Part shown: piece after piece, positions 5,818 to 8,762 of the stretch | Numbering within the stretch: the stretch's first letter is position 1 | How the letters are laid out: the number at the start of each line of letters is the position of its first letter | Assembly: GCA_018136815.1 (NCBI GenBank) | Contig: CM030936.1 | Location: 1,430,569 to 1,439,330, forward strand | DNA: 8,762 bases | Reading direction: 5' to 3' | DNA from: Isochrysis galbana | Lineage: Eukaryota | The notes under the pieces: generated by a model | Database searches by the model: none | Seen by the model: only the letters and a program-made list of their open reading frames with translations | Told to the model about the DNA's origin: nothing | Made by a program: the position numbers and the translations under genes

Positions 5818-8311
5818 ATGCGCCTCTCCCTCCTCTCCCTCCTCCTCTCCTCCTCCACGGCCTTCGGCCCATTACCACCGACGTGCCCGGCGGCAGATCC
5901 GAAGTGGAAGTGTGTGCTGCAGACCATCTACACGCTCATCCTCGAGGGCCATGTGCCAGAGGGCGTCCAGTGCCTGGTGGAGAGCTGCGGGTTGCAAGCG
6001 CCGGCCGACTGCATCACTGAGTGTGTCCAAGACAACCTGGGAGGGTATTTCGCGCCGATCCGGGTAAGTGGAGCGAGAGGTGGATACGAGTGCCATTGTG
6101 TGCGGACGGAGAGGGTGGGTGGGTGGGGCGAGTACGAAGGTGGCGGCGGGGCGGGAAGGGGGGGAGAATGGAAGGGTGGGAGGGGGAGCGGGAGAAGAAG
6201 CCGGGGAGAGGGAGGGGGCTACAGTGGGAGAGGAGTTGGGGCGTGGGTGTTTCGCCCGTCTGTGTCACATAGTGCTTGATTCACGCCCGATGGAGCGAAA
6301 AGGCAGGAGGGCGCTCAGATTGTCTCCTCGCGCCTGCGCCGAGAAAATGCATCGTCACCCTGCTAGCTCGTGGGGCTCATGCTGCACAGAGGGCAAGCGA
6401 TGGCTAGCTGGGCGAGCCCCATGGCGAAGCCGCGAATTCCTCCCCTTCATCCCCTTTGGGCGAGCCCCATGGCGAAGCCGCGCATTCCTCCCCTTCATCC
6501 CCTTGTATCTCACCCGTCTGCAGATCGCCTTGTGCATCCACCGCTGCGAACCGGACGCATCGCCGCCGCCGCCCTCGGCGCCCGCTGCCGTCTGTCCTGC
6601 ACCCTACCCGCTGCTGCAATGCATCGAGGGCTCTGCGGACATTATTGTCGGCCCACCCCCCAACGTCGCCAAAGGTCTCGACTGCTTGATCAACTCGTGC
6701 AACGTCAATGGCGGCATCTGCCCGCTTGTCTGCGTGATCAAGTACCAGAATGAGCCCGTCAAGTTGGTTCAGTGCATTGACGCGTGCATCAGCCCGGCCG
6801 ATCCGTCACCCAGCCCACCGCCCCTTCCAGCCCCGCCGCCATCGCCGCTACCGCTACCGCCACCCCCCTCGCCGGAGCAGCCGGAGCTGTCGCCATCGCC
6901 CAGCCCACCGCCGCCCTCGCCCAGACCGCCACCGCCCTCGCCCCACCCGCCTTCGCCCTCACCGCCACCAGACGAGCACATGTGCCCCGCACCGTCACCG
7001 ACGCTTGTCTGTGTTTTGGAATCCGTTGAGATGATTCTTTGGCCGCCAACGTTCGCCGACGGTATCTTCTGCATCACCGCCTCATGCGGAATCCTCGCGG
7101 GCGTTTGCCCGACCCAGTGCGTCGGCAAGTATGTTTTCGAGTCACTGCGCCCATTCAAGCTGACCACATGCCTGCTTGGCTGCGCCTTTCGGGTGCCCGG
7201 CCATGAAAGTCAGACGACAAGCGCACTCCTGGCCGCACCCGCCACCTTCACCGAGCCGAACGATCTCACTATTGGGCCGTGGAGCTCCATCAATCTCGAG
7301 ACCAACCCGACCATTCCAGAGCTCCAGCCCGTCTCCGATTCGTACGAGATCCCGCCGTACACCGAGGAGCCCTCAGACGCCTCGAACTGGATCCCTCCTT
7401 GCGGTGCCTTCGACTTCACCCTCGGCAATAACATGCGCGCCATAATGGCGACATCGGAACTTGAGGCCGTTGGCTGGCCGTCCACCAACAGTCGCTGGTG
7501 TGCTGTGATTGTACGCCCTCTTCTGCAGCGTCTCCCACGAGCCCTGCCAGAGCCTGATCTCCGCCCCTCGCCCTGCCCGATCCCGCGCAGGTGCGAGGAT
7601 GTAATGCCCGCCTTCACGGTGACCGACCAATGGGGCAACCAATGGGTGTCCCACAATTGCGCTGTGGGCTACGAAAACGATCCCAACTTTGTTTGCCCCT
7701 TCTCATGTGATGACTCGGGTGAGGGTGGCGCTGAAGGTCACATGGCTTGCTACAATGCCACCATCGCTGATCTGTGCCATGGATCCTATCTGTACAATGG
7801 CCCCGACGCCCCACCCTTCTCCGGCGACTATTCCACCCAGTATCCTGGGTCACCGTACTATGGTACTAGCCCCAACGGCGCCTTCCGCCAGTGCCAGTAC
7901 GTGTGGAATGCTCCATCCTTCGAGACCGACCCCACGTCGCCTAATTACATCTCTGCCAACTACAACGTCTACGCAAGTGCGCTCGCGTGGCTCGTCCCCT
8001 TCCACGATTGCGCGCGCGTATCCAACGCCTCCGCCCCACAACCTCTGTGCAAACGGTCGTCTCACCCGCCTCCCTTCCCTCATACCTCTCATCGCTTAGA
8101 TCAATGGAGCTGCATTGGCTGGAATGCCAAGAGCACGTGGTTCCACCCGCAGTGTGTCTCGCCGCCACCACACGTCCCGCCTGCACCATCACCGCCACCG
8201 CCCGTCGACTGCCCACCAGGATGCGTGCCAGCCGCGCCAGAGGCTCGCAGGCTGCTTTTCTCAAGCATTCCAGTCGTGTGTCCACCAGGATGTGTACCCG
8301 CACAAGCCTAA
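5818..8311 (+). CDS. Secreted cysteine-rich, proline-rich (HRGP/pherophorin-like linker) multi-module protein; minimal model join(5818..6063,6524..8311), ~677 aa
   Basis: ATG at 5818 has A at -3 and begins MRLSLLSLLLSSSTAFGPLPP, a typical signal peptide. Donor cgg|gtaagt is at 6063/6064 and acceptor cacccgtctgcag|atc at 6523/6524, both phase 0. Three homologous 7-Cys modules are aligned by cysteine spacing and separated by S/P-rich linkers. The stop codon TAA is at 8309..8311. One or two further in-frame introns in the C-terminal half are possible. Confidence 0.82.
6064..6523 (+). other. Intron 1 of the cysteine-rich gene (460 bp)
   Basis: The donor is consensus gtaagt and the acceptor has a pyrimidine-rich context (ccttgtatctcacccgtctgcag). 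Removal gives ...CVQDNLGGYFAPIR|IALCIHRCEPDA, which restores the last two cysteines of module 1 at the same positions as in modules 2 and 3. Confidence 0.88.
6410..6504 (+). repeat. Tandem duplication of a 48-bp unit inside intron 1 of the cysteine-rich gene
   Basis: gggcgagccccatggcgaagccgcgaattcctccccttcatccccttt (6410..6457) is followed directly by gggcgagccccatggcgaagccgcgcattcctccccttcatcccctt (6458..6504). Confidence 0.93.
6620..6787 (+). other. Seven-cysteine module 2
   Basis: CIEGSADIIVGPPPNVAKGLDCLINSCNVNGGICPLVCVIKYQNEPVKLVQCIDAC. Spacing is 20-4-6-3-13-3. Confidence 0.85.
6791..6979 (+). repeat. Proline/serine-rich coding linker (HRGP/pherophorin-like)
   Basis: Translation PADPSPSPPPLPAPPPSPLPLPPPPSPEQPELSPSPSPPPPSPRPPPPSPHPPSPSPPPDEH. 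It is a degenerate SP(n) array encoded by ccg/cca/ccc codons. Confidence 0.85.
7010..7183 (+). other. Seven-cysteine module 3
   Basis: CVLESVEMILWPPTFADGIFCITASCGILAGVCPTQCVGKYVFESLRPFKLTTCLLGC. Spacing is 19-4-6-3-16-3. Confidence 0.85.
7498..7590 (+). other. Probable second intron of the cysteine-rich gene (93 bp, in-frame, stop-free)
   Basis: cgctg|gtgtgctgt ... ctccgcccctcgccctgcccgatcccgcgcag|gtgcga. Splicing gives NSRW|CEDVMPAF in phase 2. The retained peptide (CAVIVRPLLQRLPRALPEPDLRPSPCPIPRR) has an abrupt R/P/L-rich composition. The gtgtgc donor resembles the gtgtgt donor of the DUF218 gene intron 1. Confidence 0.5.
7977..8099 (+). other. Possible third intron of the cysteine-rich gene (123 bp)
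   Basis: gcaa|gtgcgctcg ... cccgcctcccttccctcatacctctcatcgcttag|atcaatgg. The acceptor is strong and pyrimidine-rich, and 7977 is the only frame-compatible GT nearby. The region is also open if retained (SALAWLVPFHDCARVSNASAPQPLCKRSSHPPPFPHTSHRLD), so it stays ambiguous. Confidence 0.3.
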
Positions 8312-8762
8312 GGCCTCATCTGGTGGCATGCTCACTTTAGGAGCTTGGCGTGAGGGCCTGGACCGACTCCAATCGCTTCCATATGGTACATAAAGAAGCG
8401 GATATCTTTTCTCCTCGGCCACGGGCCCAATTGCGCAGTGGTGCTGTCGCGGGAACGCCACTGCCGGCTCGAATAGTGTGATGGCAAGTATGGGGAAGTG
8501 CCGGCTGGTTACCGAATCTTTGACACCACCTATCAGTCCCTAGGCACTCTGCTGGGCTGGAAAGTGGATCGATGCGTCCTCTCTTGGCACGATCGATCGT
8601 TGGCTACCAGCACACCGACGAAACTGGGTTAGTTCTTGGATCTCTTGTGCACGCTTGAAACGTTCGACTGTTCGAGCCTTTGGAACTAGGCGAAGTTGCC
8701 GCTATTCCGGCCACTTGGACGTGGGAACATTAGACATTAGGTGAACGAGCCGAAAGCACGAG

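Larger units (their letters stand above)
5911..6547 (+). other. Seven-cysteine module 1 (split by the intron)
   Basis: CVLQTIYTLILEGHVPEGVQCLVESCGLQAPADCITECVQDNLGGYFAPIR|IALCIHRC. Spacing is 19-4-7-3-16-3. Confidence 0.8.

Noticed and set aside
6068-6523. The 5' 152 codons of the 747-aa ORF as coding sequence
   Set aside because: The ORF opens with GTG immediately after a consensus gtaagt donor and reads through G-rich and tandem-repeat sequence. Splicing to 6524 restores a repeat module, so this part is read as intron.
7509-7600. Alternative frame LYALFCSVSHEPCQSLISAPRPARSR within the cysteine-rich gene
   Set aside because: It looks locally cysteine-domain-like, but a stop lies just upstream and I found no GT/AG pair placing it cleanly in frame. 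I prefer the 93-bp intron explanation. A sequencing frameshift cannot be excluded.

Overview
This 8762-bp window looks like GC-rich nuclear DNA from a eukaryotic microbe or alga. It has spliceosomal-type introns, (CT)n tracts and a proline-rich HRGP/pherophorin-like protein. I can support two plus-strand, intron-containing genes. Gene A, join(2149..2718,2803..2889,3020..3115,3361..3576), encodes a ~322 aa membrane-anchored DUF218 / YdcF-SanA-ElyC-like protein. Its motif order (hxVPAGG - SxETVGNA - NNRFHMPRTRAVF - LHxW..(E)NTAYASKR) is only complete after splicing. Gene B, join(5818..6063,6524..8311) with one or two further optional in-frame introns, encodes a ~640-680 aa secreted protein. It has a signal peptide, three copies of a seven-cysteine module C-x(19-20)-C-x4-C-x(6-7)-C-x3-C-x(13-16)-C-x3-C separated by Pro/Ser-rich linkers, an unrecognised Cys/Trp/Tyr-rich C-terminal region and a duplicated CPPGCVPA tail. 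The three-module layout of gene B is the best candidate for something undescribed. Module 1 becomes visible only once a 460-bp intron is removed. The rest is mostly low-complexity pyrimidine tracts, homopolymers, small tandem or inverted repeats, and regions with no supportable coding content. I saw no CRISPR, rRNA, tRNA or recognisable mobile element.
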